Below, piece after piece: positions 24,101-34,819 of a stretch of DNA of 42,683 nucleotides. The stretch lies in NCBI RefSeq assembly GCF_006345805.1, contig NW_021835183.1, forward strand, positions 1-42,683, given 5' to 3'. A program made the position numbers and the translations under genes. The notes below the pieces were generated by a model. The model had not been told where the DNA came from. It saw nothing but the letters and a program-made list of their open reading frames with translations, and did no database searches. Every line of letters begins with the position of its first letter. The first letter of the stretch is position 1. The stretch comes from Octopus sinensis. Its lineage: Eukaryota.

Positions 24101-24285
24101 TGCAAGTTGGCAGACTCGCTAACACATAGGACAAAATTCTTAACATTTCTTTAAGTGCTGAGTTCAAATACCGCCGAGGTCAACCTTACCTCTCATTATT
24201 TTACCTTGGAGTCGATAAAATAAATATCAGTCGAGCACTGGGGTCGATGTGATCTTGTCTCAGAATTGCTGGCCTTGTACTAAAA
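24101..24285 (+). mobile_element. SINE family F, diverged
   Basis: gagttcaaataccgccgaggtcaacc...gtcgataaaataaatatcagtcgagcactggggtcgat. Confidence 0.7.
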
Positions 24286-24512
24286 ATTATTTTCTCTATC
24301 GCGAACCCATTCGCATAAGCTACGAATGTCATGACAATTTCATTCGGCCGGGCATATTTTTGAGACAGATTGTGTTATCCAAGGCCATAATTTATTTGTT
24401 TTTAAATTATGTTAGTTTCATTTATTTTCTTTTGTTGTTTGTATTGAAAAGCTTGTTTTGGTTTTGCTATATTTATCTTGACTCTTCATGTGTTCATTAT
24501 TTCTGTATACGT

Positions 24513-25022
24513 CAGGCGAAATGCTTAGCGGTATTTCGTCTGCCGTTACGTTCTGAGTTCAAATTCCGCTGAGGTCAACTTTGCCTTTCATCCTTTCGGG
24601 GTCGATTAAATAAGTACCAGTTACGCACTGGGGTCGATATGATCGACTTAATTCGTTTGTCTGTCCTTATCTGTCCCCTCTGTGTTTAGCCCCTTGTGGG
24701 TAGTAAAGAAATAGGTATTTCGTCTGCCGTTACGTTCTGAGTTCAAATTCCACCGAGGTCGACTTTGCCTTTCATCCTTTCGGGGTCGATTAAATTAGTA
24801 CCAGTTACGCACTGGGGTCGATATGATCGACTTAATTCGTTTGTCTGTCCTTGTCTGTCCCCTCTGTGTTTAGCCCCTTGTGGGTAGTAAAGAAATAGGT
24901 ATTTCGTCTGCCGTTACGTCATGAGTTCAAATTCCGCCAAGGTCGATTTTGCCTTTCATCCTTTCGATAAATTAAGTACCAGTTTCGATAAATTAAGTAC
25001 CAAATTTCGGGCCTTGTGCCTA
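24513..25022 (+). repeat. Tandem array of a family F SINE-derived 184-bp unit (2 full units plus a partial one)
   Basis: gtatttcgtctgccg starts at 24531, 24715 and 24899. Confidence 0.95.
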
Positions 25023-25052
25023 GAGAAGACAAGTTTACTTCTGTATATGTGT

Positions 25053-25275
25053 AAGGCGGCAAGCTAGCAGAATCGTTACCGCTCCGGAAAAACTGCTTAA
25101 CGGCATTTCATCCATATTCCCGTTCTGAGCTCAAATTCTGCCGAGGTGCACTTTGCCTTTCATCCTTTCGAGATCGATAAAAATAAAAATAAACACCAGT
25201 TGAACACTTGGATCGCTGTAATCGACTCGTCCCCCATCTCCTCCAGAAATTGCTGTCCTTATACCAAAATTTAAA
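25053..25275 (+). mobile_element. SINE family F, diverged single copy
   Basis: aaggcggcaagctagcagaatcgtt...gttctgagctcaaattctgccgagg...tttgcctttcatcctttcg. Confidence 0.8.
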
Positions 25276-25633
25276 CACACAATTTTTGCGTGTGTAGGTT
25301 CCTGTTATCTAAACAATATATCTTTTGTGTAAAAAATCATACACAATACGCACCACAGTTATCACTTGTATTTCCGGACATTATTTCATTATGCTTTGTT
25401 TCATCTAAAATTTAATTCCATTCTCGGTGCTAGTCCCAAATGCTGACCTGATTTGGTAAACAAGTAAACAATATACTTTTTGTGTAACAAAACATGTGTA
25501 ATGCATAAAAACTGTCAATTGTACTCGACGAGAGAATCGTAACATTCCTTTCTTCCTTTTTCTATTTATTTTTCTCTCTTATTTATTTATTTATTTATTT
25601 ATTGTGCTAACGTTTGTTTTATTCTTGTTTCTA

Positions 25634-26951
25634 ATACCTATTTCTTTACTACCCACAAGGGGCTTAACACAGAGAGGACAAACAAGGATAGACAAACGGA
25701 TTGAGTCGTTTATATCGACCCCAGTGAGTAACTGGTACTTAATTTATCGACCCCGAAAGGATGAAAGACAAAGTCGACCTCGGCGGAATTTGAACTCAGA
25801 ACGTAACGGCAGACGAAATACCTATTTCTTTACTACCCACAAGGGGCTAAACACAGAGGGGACAAACAAGGATAGACAAACGGATTAAGTCGATTATATC
25901 GACCCCAGTGCGTAACTGGTACTTATTTAATCGACCTCGAAAGGATGAAAGACAAAGTCGACCTTGGCGGAATTTGAACTCAGAACGTAACGGCAGACGA
26001 AATACCTATTTCTTTACTACCCACAAGGGGCTAAACACAGAGGGGACAAACAAGGATAGACAACCGGATTAAGTCGTTTATATCGACCCCAGTGAGTAAC
26101 TGGTACTTAATTTATCGACCCCGAAAGGATGAAAGACAAAGTCGACCTCGGCGGAATTTGAACTCAGAACGTAACGGCAGACGAAATACCTATTTCTTTA
26201 CTACCCACAAGGGGCTAAACACAGAGAGGACAAACAAGGATAGACAAACGGATTAAGTCGATTATACCGACCTCAGTGCGTAACTGGTACTTATTTAATC
26301 GACCTCGAAAGGATGAAAGACAAAGTCGACCTTGGCGGAATTTGAACTCAGAACGTAACGGCAGACGAAATACATATTTCTTTACTAACCACAAGGGGCT
26401 AAACACAGAGAGGACAAACAAGGATAGACATAGGTATTAAGTCGATTATATCGACCCCAGTTCGTAACTGGTTCTTATTTAATTGACCCCGAAAGGATGA
26501 AAGGCAAAGTCGACCTCGGCGGAATTTGAACTCACAAAGTAAAGACAGACGAAATACCTATTTCTTTATTACCCACAAGGGGCTAAACATAGAGGGGACA
26601 AGCAAGGACAGACAAAGGGATTAAGTCGACCACATCGACCCTAGTGCGTAAATGGTACTTAATTTATCGACCCCGAAAGGATAAAAAACAAAGTCGACCT
26701 CGGCGGAATTTGAACTCAGAACGTAACGACAGACGAAATACTTATTTCTTTACAACCCACAAGGGGCTAAACACAGGGGGGACAAACAAGGACAGACAAA
26801 CGTATTAAGTCGATTATATCGACCCCAGTTCGTAACTGGTACTTATTTAATCGACCTCGAAAGGATGAAAGGCAAAGACGACCTTGGCGGAATTTGAACT
26901 CAGAACGTAAAGACAGACGAAATACCGCTAAGCATTTCGCCCTGCGTGCTA
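25634..26951 (-). repeat. Tandem array of seven 184-bp family F SINE-derived units plus the SINE head remnant
   Basis: Unit starts at 25634, 25818, 26002, 26186, 26370, 26554 and 26738; head remnant at 26922-26951. Reverse complement of the 24513-25022 array. Confidence 0.95.
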
Positions 26952-27032
26952 AATAATAATAGTGTTGTTGTTTGTACTATTGTTTTAAACAGGTGTTTTT
27001 TCTAATTATTTCTCCTCTTCCTCCATCCACAG

Positions 27033-27203
27033 GTAATAACACACATTGTAGAGCTAACACTAACGGAAGCAGGTTGTCATGGTACCTGTATATTTTCCTC
27101 ATTGGTCAAATCCTCAATGGAGTTGGTGGAGCAACCTTATACACGGTCGGCTTCGCCTGTATTGATGACAATGTCTCTCACAAACGCTCTCCTGTATATA
27201 TTT
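27033..27203 (+). CDS. SLCO: OATP/SLCO internal coding exon 2 (ECL2 to TM4 and DDNV loop)
   Basis: Acceptor ccacag|G at 27031-27032 after a pyrimidine tract, donor T|gtaagt at 27204. 171 nt, phase 1-1. Translates (G)NNTHCRANTNGSRLSWYLYIFLIGQILNGVGGATLYTVGFACIDDNVSHKRSPVYI(S), matching the OATP GQxLxGxG..LYTxG..IDDNV..SPxY pattern. Confidence 0.95.
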
Positions 27204-27304
27204 GTAAGTACACTCTTCTTCTTTGTGTATATGTTCTCATGTATAGAGATGTATTTAATGTAATTAAGCTACAGGTAAAAAGGTGGAAATATATAACGAA
27301 TATA

Positions 27305-27712
27305 TAGGCGCAGGTGTGGCTGTGTGGTAAGTAGCTTGCTTACCAACCACATGGTTCCGGGTTCAGTCCCACTGCGTGGCATCTTGGGCAAGTGTCTTCT
27401 GCTATAGCCCCGGGCCGACCAATGCCTTGTGAGTGGATTTGGTAGACGGAAACTGAAAGAAGCCCGTCGTATATATGTATATATATGTATGTGTGTGTGT
27501 GTATGTGTTTGTGTGTCTGTGTTTGTCCCCCTAGCATTGCTTGACAACCGATGCTGGTGTGTTTACGACCCCGTAACTTAGCGGTTCGGCGAAAGAGACC
27601 GATAGAATAAGTACTGGGCTTACAAAGAATAAGTCCCAGGGTCGATTTGCTCGACTAAAGGTGGTGCTCCAGCATGGCCGCAGTCAAATGACTGAAACGA
27701 GTAAAAGAGTAA
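27305..27712 (+). mobile_element. SINE family A, full length; followed by a second truncated head (27713-27865)
   Basis: ggcgcaggtgtggctgtgtggtaag...gaaacgagtaaaagagtaagag. Confidence 0.9.
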
Positions 27713-28428
27713 GAGGTGTGGTTGTGTGGTAAGTAGCTTCTTTCCCAACCCCATGGCTCTAGATTTGGTCCCACTGCATGGCACCTTGGGCAAATGTCTT
27801 CTGCTATAGCCTCGGGCCGACCAAAGCCTCGTAAGTGGATTCGGTAGACGGAAACTGAAAGTAGCGTAACAATATGTAAGAAAAAATATTTGCAAAGACG
27901 CCAAAATATACTAAGTTAATAATACGAAGAGTTTTGTGTCAATGTTCAAAAGAATTACTAGAAAATGGGCAGCACACTCATATATTCAATTATCAGACAC
28001 ACAGTTACTTATTTTCATCTAATCACGTGTTTTCACACGTGATATTATTGTTTTTCAGATATCTTATGCATAAAACATATTTATGTGAAAAATATATAAA
28101 AAATGAAGGAAACAATTGTTAATGAAGCTGGGCATTGTATTATTGTCGGCTGCTCATATTTCGATGTGTTTGTGAATATATTTGCATATATATTGTCACG
28201 CAGTTTATCAACTTCATCGTTGGCGAAAATCAGCTATAATAAAAGTATATATATATATATATAATATATATATATATACATACATATTTAGACACGCATA
28301 CAAACACATGTATATATAATACATTTATGTTATGTATATGTATGTCTGTGCGCGAATGCATATATATATATATATATATATACACGCTTATATGCATATA
28401 TGTATTTATATATACATATATATACACA

Positions 28429-28485
<57 letters not shown>

Positions 28486-29143
28486 CATGTATGTATATAT
28501 ACATACATATATACATATGTATATATATGTATATATGTATATATGTGTATATATGTATATGTGTGTATATATATATGTATATATATATGTGTATATGTGT
28601 GTATATATATATGTATATATATGTGTATATGTGTGTATATATATATGTATATATATGTGTATATATGTATATATATATATATATATGTATGTGTATATAT
28701 GTATATATATATATATTATATATACATGTATGTATGTATATATAAATATGTATACATACATACATATATATATATAGGAATATACACATATGTAAAATGT
28801 TATAGGGCGTTCAAATATTTATGAAAACAAATACCAAAGATATATTAATTTTCATACTTTATATTCTGCATTTATATATCCTTGTATGCATAAAGAAATA
28901 TTGAGAAATTATGAGTTTGTGCACATCGCGCGTAGAATATTTCGTAGATGATTGTAGAAGATACATGTATGTATATGCGTGTGTATATATATATATATAA
29001 TATATATACATATGTATGTATTGACTTCTAAATTTTTGCTGCAGTTTTGTTGCTACTTCACATATCTCCTAAGAATTTAAGGGGCTCTGCTGCACAGATG
29101 GTTACAGCATCTTAAGTGATGAACGCTAGCCTAACGAATTCTG

Positions 29144-29177
<34 letters not shown>

Positions 29178-29544
29178 GTTTTGCATAGGTAGCACTGACA
29201 GCAAGTCTTAGGAATCGTACTTTAGAAAAAAAATCTGTAATCTATACTTAAATGCTATTCTAGAAATTGGAAAATCGTAGATTAATCTGTTGCTGCTGTC
29301 TCGCAACCATTTTGTCTTCATTTTATAAAACATCTTACCCGAACTCGCTGTTGTCAGAATTTATAGCCTGTCGTAATTGCAGTCCCCATTTCTGTAGCTA
29401 AACGCTCCCTGCACCCTTTCTCCCACAATCTACGTCATGGAACCAGTGTCGTGTCAAAGTCCTCTTGCTCGTTTTCCCCTTCCCATACACACCAAGTTAT
29501 AAGTTATAGAGAGTTTTTACTTGTTATATTTTCGTTATCTTGAA

Positions 29545-29790
29545 ATTTTTACACGGACATTTGAAACGGACAAAACCCTTTTTGAACCTTTCGTCCTGTA
29601 TTTTGTCACCATGTTTTAATTGATTTTTGTTAGCCCTTGTGGCCAATTAACGAATTAATTATTATTATTATAGTACACGGACATTTTCAAACGGACAAAA
29701 CCCTTTGTAACTTTCGTCCTATGTTTTGTCCCTTTATGTTTTAATTGATATTTGTTAGCCCTTGTGGTCAATAAACGAATTAATTGAGTA
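29545..29790 (+). mobile_element. Two tandem short 3' ends of the Tx1/L1-like LINE family
   Basis: cacggacatttgaaacggacaaaacc...ttagcccttgtgg-caat-aacgaattaatt repeated twice. Confidence 0.75.
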
Positions 29791-30398
29791 TTGCTGAACT
29801 ATGGGTTTATGTCGAACAGCTACTGTCACGTATAGGACGGATCCGGCTATCAGCTGAATCCATTGCCCCGCCGACCTCTTTTAACAAGAAGGGCAAGGCA
29901 GTTTTCCTTTGCTTAGTGGCTGTGGCGAAAGAGGTTGTATGGTGGACCCGTTTGAAAGGGCTAAAGTCAGACACTTTCCTCTTTGGTCAAGGCCTCATCA
30001 ACTTTTTCAAGTTTCACTTGAAAAGGAAGATGAGGTTAGAGAGGAGAGTGCTGTCTGGTAGCAAGTTTATTGAAAGGTGGATAAATGTCGCAAGAATGGC
30101 TAGTATGAAAGGAGCCATTCTGAGGATACACCTGTGATTTAAAAAGGTAATATAAAAGAAGAAAGGGGCTCTCTACCTCGCTTTTGACCAGGCTCCCGTG
30201 GCTTTTATGGGTTTTTTCGCCAGGAACCTTTTCGTAACGTCTCCCCCTATTGGAAGGTTTTCGTTGTTATAATCTTTTCATTGTTAAACTGTTTTTTACT
30301 CGATTTCACAAACGGACAAAACCCTTTGTAAGCTTTCGTCCTGTTTTGTCCCTTTATGTAATAATTGATTTTTGTCAGCCCTTGTGGCCAATAAAAGA

Positions 30399-30497
<99 letters not shown>

Positions 30498-30594
30498 CAT
30501 CATTATTATTATTATTATTATTATCATTATTATTATTATTATTATCATCATTATTATTATTATTATTATCATTATTATTATTTACATTATTATC

Positions 30595-30625
<31 letters not shown>

Positions 30626-30640
30626 ATTATTATCATTATT
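29790..30640 (+). mobile_element. 5'-truncated Tx1/L1-like LINE with long (TTA/TCA)n tail
   Basis: ORF 29784-30137: KGKAVFLCLVAVAKEVVWWTRLKG...FFKFHLKRKMRLERRVLSGSKFIERW. 3' UTR with AATAAA, then about 230 nt of tail. Confidence 0.7.
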
Positions 30641-31087
30641 ATGCGTATAGAGAAAGATGAGTAAGTGAGATAAACAGACAGACTGACAAGCAGGCAGGCA
30701 AAGACACGGGCAACCAGACAGAGAGAGAGAGAGAAAGACAGATAGATGCGTGCATATGGTGATGTTATGTCTAGGATTACAAATATTTTGGTGACAGCTG
30801 TCTACAGATCCACCAACACATATTTTGGAATGTTATGTGCTTTTGTTTCGGCAACAATCATTCGGTTTTTGTTGTTTTTTTTTTTTTGTTTTTTTTTTAT
30901 CTCTTTATCTATCGCACGCCAGTTTTAACCTTGGTAAAACACGTACGCGCGCACACACACGCACACACACGCTCACACATACACACCGGTTTCGACAACG
31001 TAAATGCATACAAATCTGCATACACGTACATAGAGATATACATACATACACACACTTATATATGTGTGTGTGTGTGTGTGTGTATCT

Positions 31088-31508
31088 CCTTTACTCTTTT
31101 ACTTGTTTCAGTCATTTGATTGCGGCCATGCTGGAGCACCGCCTTTAGTCGAGCAAATCGACCCGCAGGACTTATTCTTTGTAAGCTTAGTACTTATTCT
31201 ATCGGTCTCTTTCGCCGAACCGCTAAGTTACGGGGACGTAAACACACCAGCATCAGTTGTCAAGCGATGTTGGGAGGACAAACACAGACACACAAACATA
31301 TATACACACAAACATATATACACACACACATACATACATATATACGACGGGCTTCTTTCAGTTTCCATCTACCAAATCTACTCACAAGATTTTGGTCGGC
31401 CCGAGGCTATAGTAGAAGACACTTGCCCAAGGTGCCACACAGTGGGACTGAACCCGGAATCATGTGGTTCGTAAGCAAGCTACTTACCACACAGCCACTC
31501 CTACGCCT
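31088..31508 (-). mobile_element. SINE family A, full length
   Basis: Reverse complement from tail ttactcttttacttg to head ccacacagccactcctacgcc. Confidence 0.92.
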
Positions 31509-31534
31509 ATATATATATATATATATATATATAA

Positions 31535-31743
31535 TTGTGACCTCGTGTGTACGGTTGGCGATTTTTTTTCTTCTGTCTTCCCTTCTTTGGATCTTTCCTT
31601 TCCCTGTGTTTCTGACGAAGAGCTCCGCTCGAAACGTTAAACCCTCCTTCTTTCCTTCTTTCCTGAGCGTCCAATAACACTATACTTGTTCCACGTCCTC
31701 GCGTTGTTGTGTTTTCTCTTTGTGCTTTCATGTTTGGATTAAC

Positions 31744-31745
<2 letters not shown>
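31535..31745 (+). mobile_element. Penelope-type repeat family G containing a canonical hammerhead-like core
   Basis: Matches 12850-13050; contains CTGACGA...GAAAC. Confidence 0.65.
31608..31642 (+). ncRNA. Putative minimal type-I hammerhead ribozyme
   Basis: gttt-CTGACGA-a-gagc(tcc)gctc-GAAAC-GTT-aaac: conserved core, helix II GAGC/GCTC, helix I gttt/aaac and palindromic AC-GT helix III. Activity untested. Confidence 0.55.
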
Positions 31746-31774
<29 letters not shown>

Positions 31775-32126
31775 ATAGTTGAAACAAAAACAGTTTTATC
31801 TATTCAAAATTAGGTTACTTGCATTTGAATCAACACTGAATTAAATTTATAAACATTTATCTTTTGATCAATTCAACAAGGAACCATTGCATGCGTATGT
31901 GTGTGTGTGTGTGTGTGTGTACATGGATATATTTTTATATACGCTCACTACGCTCTATAAGCGCTCACACGCGCTATACTCGCCTAAATCGCGTGTATAT
32001 ATGTTTATACGTATGTACGTAAATATGTATTAAGTATATATATTTTTACGTATACATCCGTATACGTATACGTAAAAGCATACATCCAAGCATAGATACA
32101 CACTTATGTACGTCCGCTTATATGTA

Positions 32127-32191
<65 letters not shown>

Positions 32192-32414
32192 CGTGTTGAC
32201 TTAAACTCAATAACTTAATTTGAAATAGATAAGTCTTTTATGATTTATTGTCGAGAAACTAGTGATCTCTGCTCTACTACCATGTAAACCTATACAAGCT
32301 TTTGTGTAGTCGGGTCTGAGGCATCAAAAGTGGCAATCCCAACTAGCTTGCTTGGTGAAGAACGTGATCTTGTACACCCTATAGTATAAAAAGACTACGA
32401 CCTACCGAAAAGCG

Positions 32415-32449
<35 letters not shown>

Positions 32450-32463
32450 ACAGACAGACAGAC

Positions 32464-32494
<31 letters not shown>

Positions 32495-32544
32495 CAGACA
32501 GAGAGACAGACAGATACATACATACATACATACATACATACATT

Positions 32545-32575
<31 letters not shown>

Positions 32576-32589
32576 CGTTAGCCAATATA

Positions 32590-32770
32590 CATTCTTTATT
32601 TTCTCTCCCTATTTCTTTCTGAGTTCCTTTCTGTGGAAGAGCGTAGGCTCGAAACGTTAAAGACTTTCTCACTTCCCGAGCGTTATACTAAGACATTTGT
32701 TTGTTGTCTAGACCACCTGTCTTCGTCTTTTGTTTTTGTTTTGTTTTTTTGTTTGTTTTTTGTTGTGAAT
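32590..32770 (+). mobile_element. Penelope-type repeat family H with hammerhead-like core (32627-32662)
   Basis: cttt-CTGTGGA-a-gagc(gtag)gctc-GAAAC-GTT-aaag. Confidence 0.6.
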
Positions 32771-32891
32771 TCTCCCCTTGATAGATCGATCGATAGATAG
32801 ATAGATATATAGATAGACAGTTTGTCTGTCTATCTATCTATCTATATATCTATCTATCTATCTATCTGAAAAACAGATCATGAACTGAATA

Positions 32892-33111
32892 CAGTAATCC
32901 CTCGCCATATCACGGTTCACCTATCGCGGTTTATTATTTAAGCTCACGCCGATTCCTCTCAAGTCTTGTTTAACATTTATAATAAAATAAATATACACAA
33001 ACAATAAAAATAATTTTTTAAAATATACAGTGCTGTTTCTACTTCGCGGATTATCACCTATCGCGGAGGGATTTTTGAACGTAGAAACCCGCGATAGTCG
33101 AGGTATTACTG
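32892..33111. mobile_element. Tc1/mariner/pogo (Tigger-like) MITE
   Basis: TA|CAGTAATCCCTCG ... CGAGGTATTACTG|TA: 13-bp TIR with one mismatch and a TA target duplication. Confidence 0.9.
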
Positions 33112-33265
33112 TACTTCTAATCATTGCCGTTATTTGATTAGGGCAAACGTAGATCGAAATATCAGCAACAAAAATGTATTATAAGCTTGTTTATCTGGTG
33201 TATGTAAAAATTGACGACGTTTCGAGCTAACTGTAATCGTCTTTTGTTTTCAATCTTTCTTACAG

Positions 33266-33368
33266 CTATATTGTTGTGCCTTACGATGGTCGGTGTTGCC
33301 GTTGGTTACACAGCTGGTGGGAAGCTTCTAGATTACCATGTTGATTTCCTGTTCATCGATTCAAACCG
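33266..33368 (+). CDS. SLCO: OATP/SLCO internal coding exon 3 (TM5)
   Basis: Not in the ORF track. Acceptor ctttcttacag|C at 33264-33265, donor CG|gtaaat at 33369. 103 nt, phase 1-2. Translates (S)ILLCLTMVGVAVGYTAGGKLLDYHVDFLFIDSN(R), corresponding to the OATP GPAxGYxxGGxLL..VD segment. Phases fit both neighbouring exons. Confidence 0.9.
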
Positions 33369-33675
33369 GTAAATTCGTTTATGCTTTTTTTTGTAATGCA
33401 TATATTTCATTTTATTTTTATTTTCATTTTTCTTCTTGGCTGGAATGTTGTTGCTGTTGTGCTTCATATTATTGTTGTTCTTGGTGATGTTGGCGCTGTT
33501 GTTAGTACTGTTGGTGTCGGTGTTGATGTCGGTGGTGGAGATGACAATGATGATGATGATGATGATTATTGAACTGGTAGTGGGAATGGTGATGATGATC
33601 ATGATGATGATAACGGTTTCAAATTTTACCACAGGATCAGAATCTTTTAGGGGCAGTGTCTAAGATGATTATATT

Positions 33676-33792
33676 AACCCCAGTGCTCAAATGGTCCTTA
33701 TTTCATCGACCCCACGAAAGGATGAAAAGCAAAGTTAACCTGGGTGGAATTTGAACTCAGAACGCAAAGGACAAAATACCGCTAAGCATTTC
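33676..33792 (-). mobile_element. SINE family F fragment
   Basis: ccccagtgc...ggatgaaaagcaaagttaacctgggtggaatttgaactcagaacg...ataccgctaagcatttc. Confidence 0.8.
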
Positions 33793-33855
33793 TTTTTTTT
33801 CTTTCTTTTCGTTTTTACCTCATGAGGAGAAATAAAAATTCTCAAAACTCATGGA

Positions 33856-34070
33856 AAGGCGGCGAGCTGGCAGAATCGTTAGCACACCGGGCGAAATGCT
33901 TAGCGTTATTTCCTCTACCGTTACGTTCTGAGTTCAAATTCTGTCGAGGTTGTCTTTGCTTTTCATCCTTCCGGGGTCAATAAATTAAGTACCAGTTACG
34001 TACTGGGATCGATGTTATCGACTAGTCTCCTCCCCCAAAATTTCAGGGCTCGTGTCTTTAGTAGAAATGA
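33856..34070 (+). mobile_element. SINE family F, full length
   Basis: aaggcggcgagctggcagaatcgttagcacaccgggcgaaatgcttagcg...ttcatccttccggggtcaataaattaagtaccag. Confidence 0.88.
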
Positions 34071-34099
34071 TTTTTATTGATAAGAGGCAAACACTCGAA

Positions 34100-34260
34100 A
34101 CTAGTCTATGGGTGCCAGACCAGCAAGGGGAAGCTGCTGACCTTCCCTGTTCGAAGGTTATAACGGACACAGGTTTGTGTGTCACATAGCTAGCTAGAGG
34201 CGATAGCCTCTTGGAGCTAATCAACGGCAGCATTCGTCCTATTTATCTGGACTGCCATGT
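34100..34260 (+). mobile_element. Possible highly degenerate RTE-type LINE 3' end
   Basis: One frame reads SLWVPDQQGEAADLPCSKVITDTGLCVT*, reminiscent of RTE C-terminal LWxP...DTGL. Weak. Confidence 0.3.
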
Positions 34261-34523
34261 TGGCTTGGTGATATATCTATTAATATGTGTGTGTGTGTGT
34301 GTGTGAGTTTGTCAGAGTCGGCACGTCGGGTGTATAAGCATGTTTTATATACACTCTGGCCACAATGAAGTCTTCAGTGTATTTATTTAAAAAAAAAACA
34401 TCATCCTCATCATCAATGTTTTGTCTCAAAAAACATTGCTATCTTTCTCTGCCATCTTTGCCCTACGATTCAGAAACAACACCACCACTATCACCACCTG
34501 AACTACATGTCTGTGTATGTATG

Positions 34524-34590
<67 letters not shown>

Positions 34591-34734
34591 CATATATATA
34601 TATATAATCAAGGATAAAATCTATATAGGATTTTATCAAGTAGCTAGCATGTAAAAACCAGTTTAGATAAAAGTTAATACAAAGTATATAATTTTATAAA
34701 TATATTATTAAATTATAATAATAATAGTAATAAT

Positions 34735-34819
<85 letters not shown>

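Noticed and set aside
25634-26951. Regularly spaced repeats as a CRISPR array
   Set aside because: Units are contiguous 184-bp copies without unique spacers, the context is eukaryotic, and there are no cas genes.
33200-33245. GAAACGTC hammerhead-like half on the minus strand next to exon 3
   Set aside because: The CUGA core and helix II are missing.
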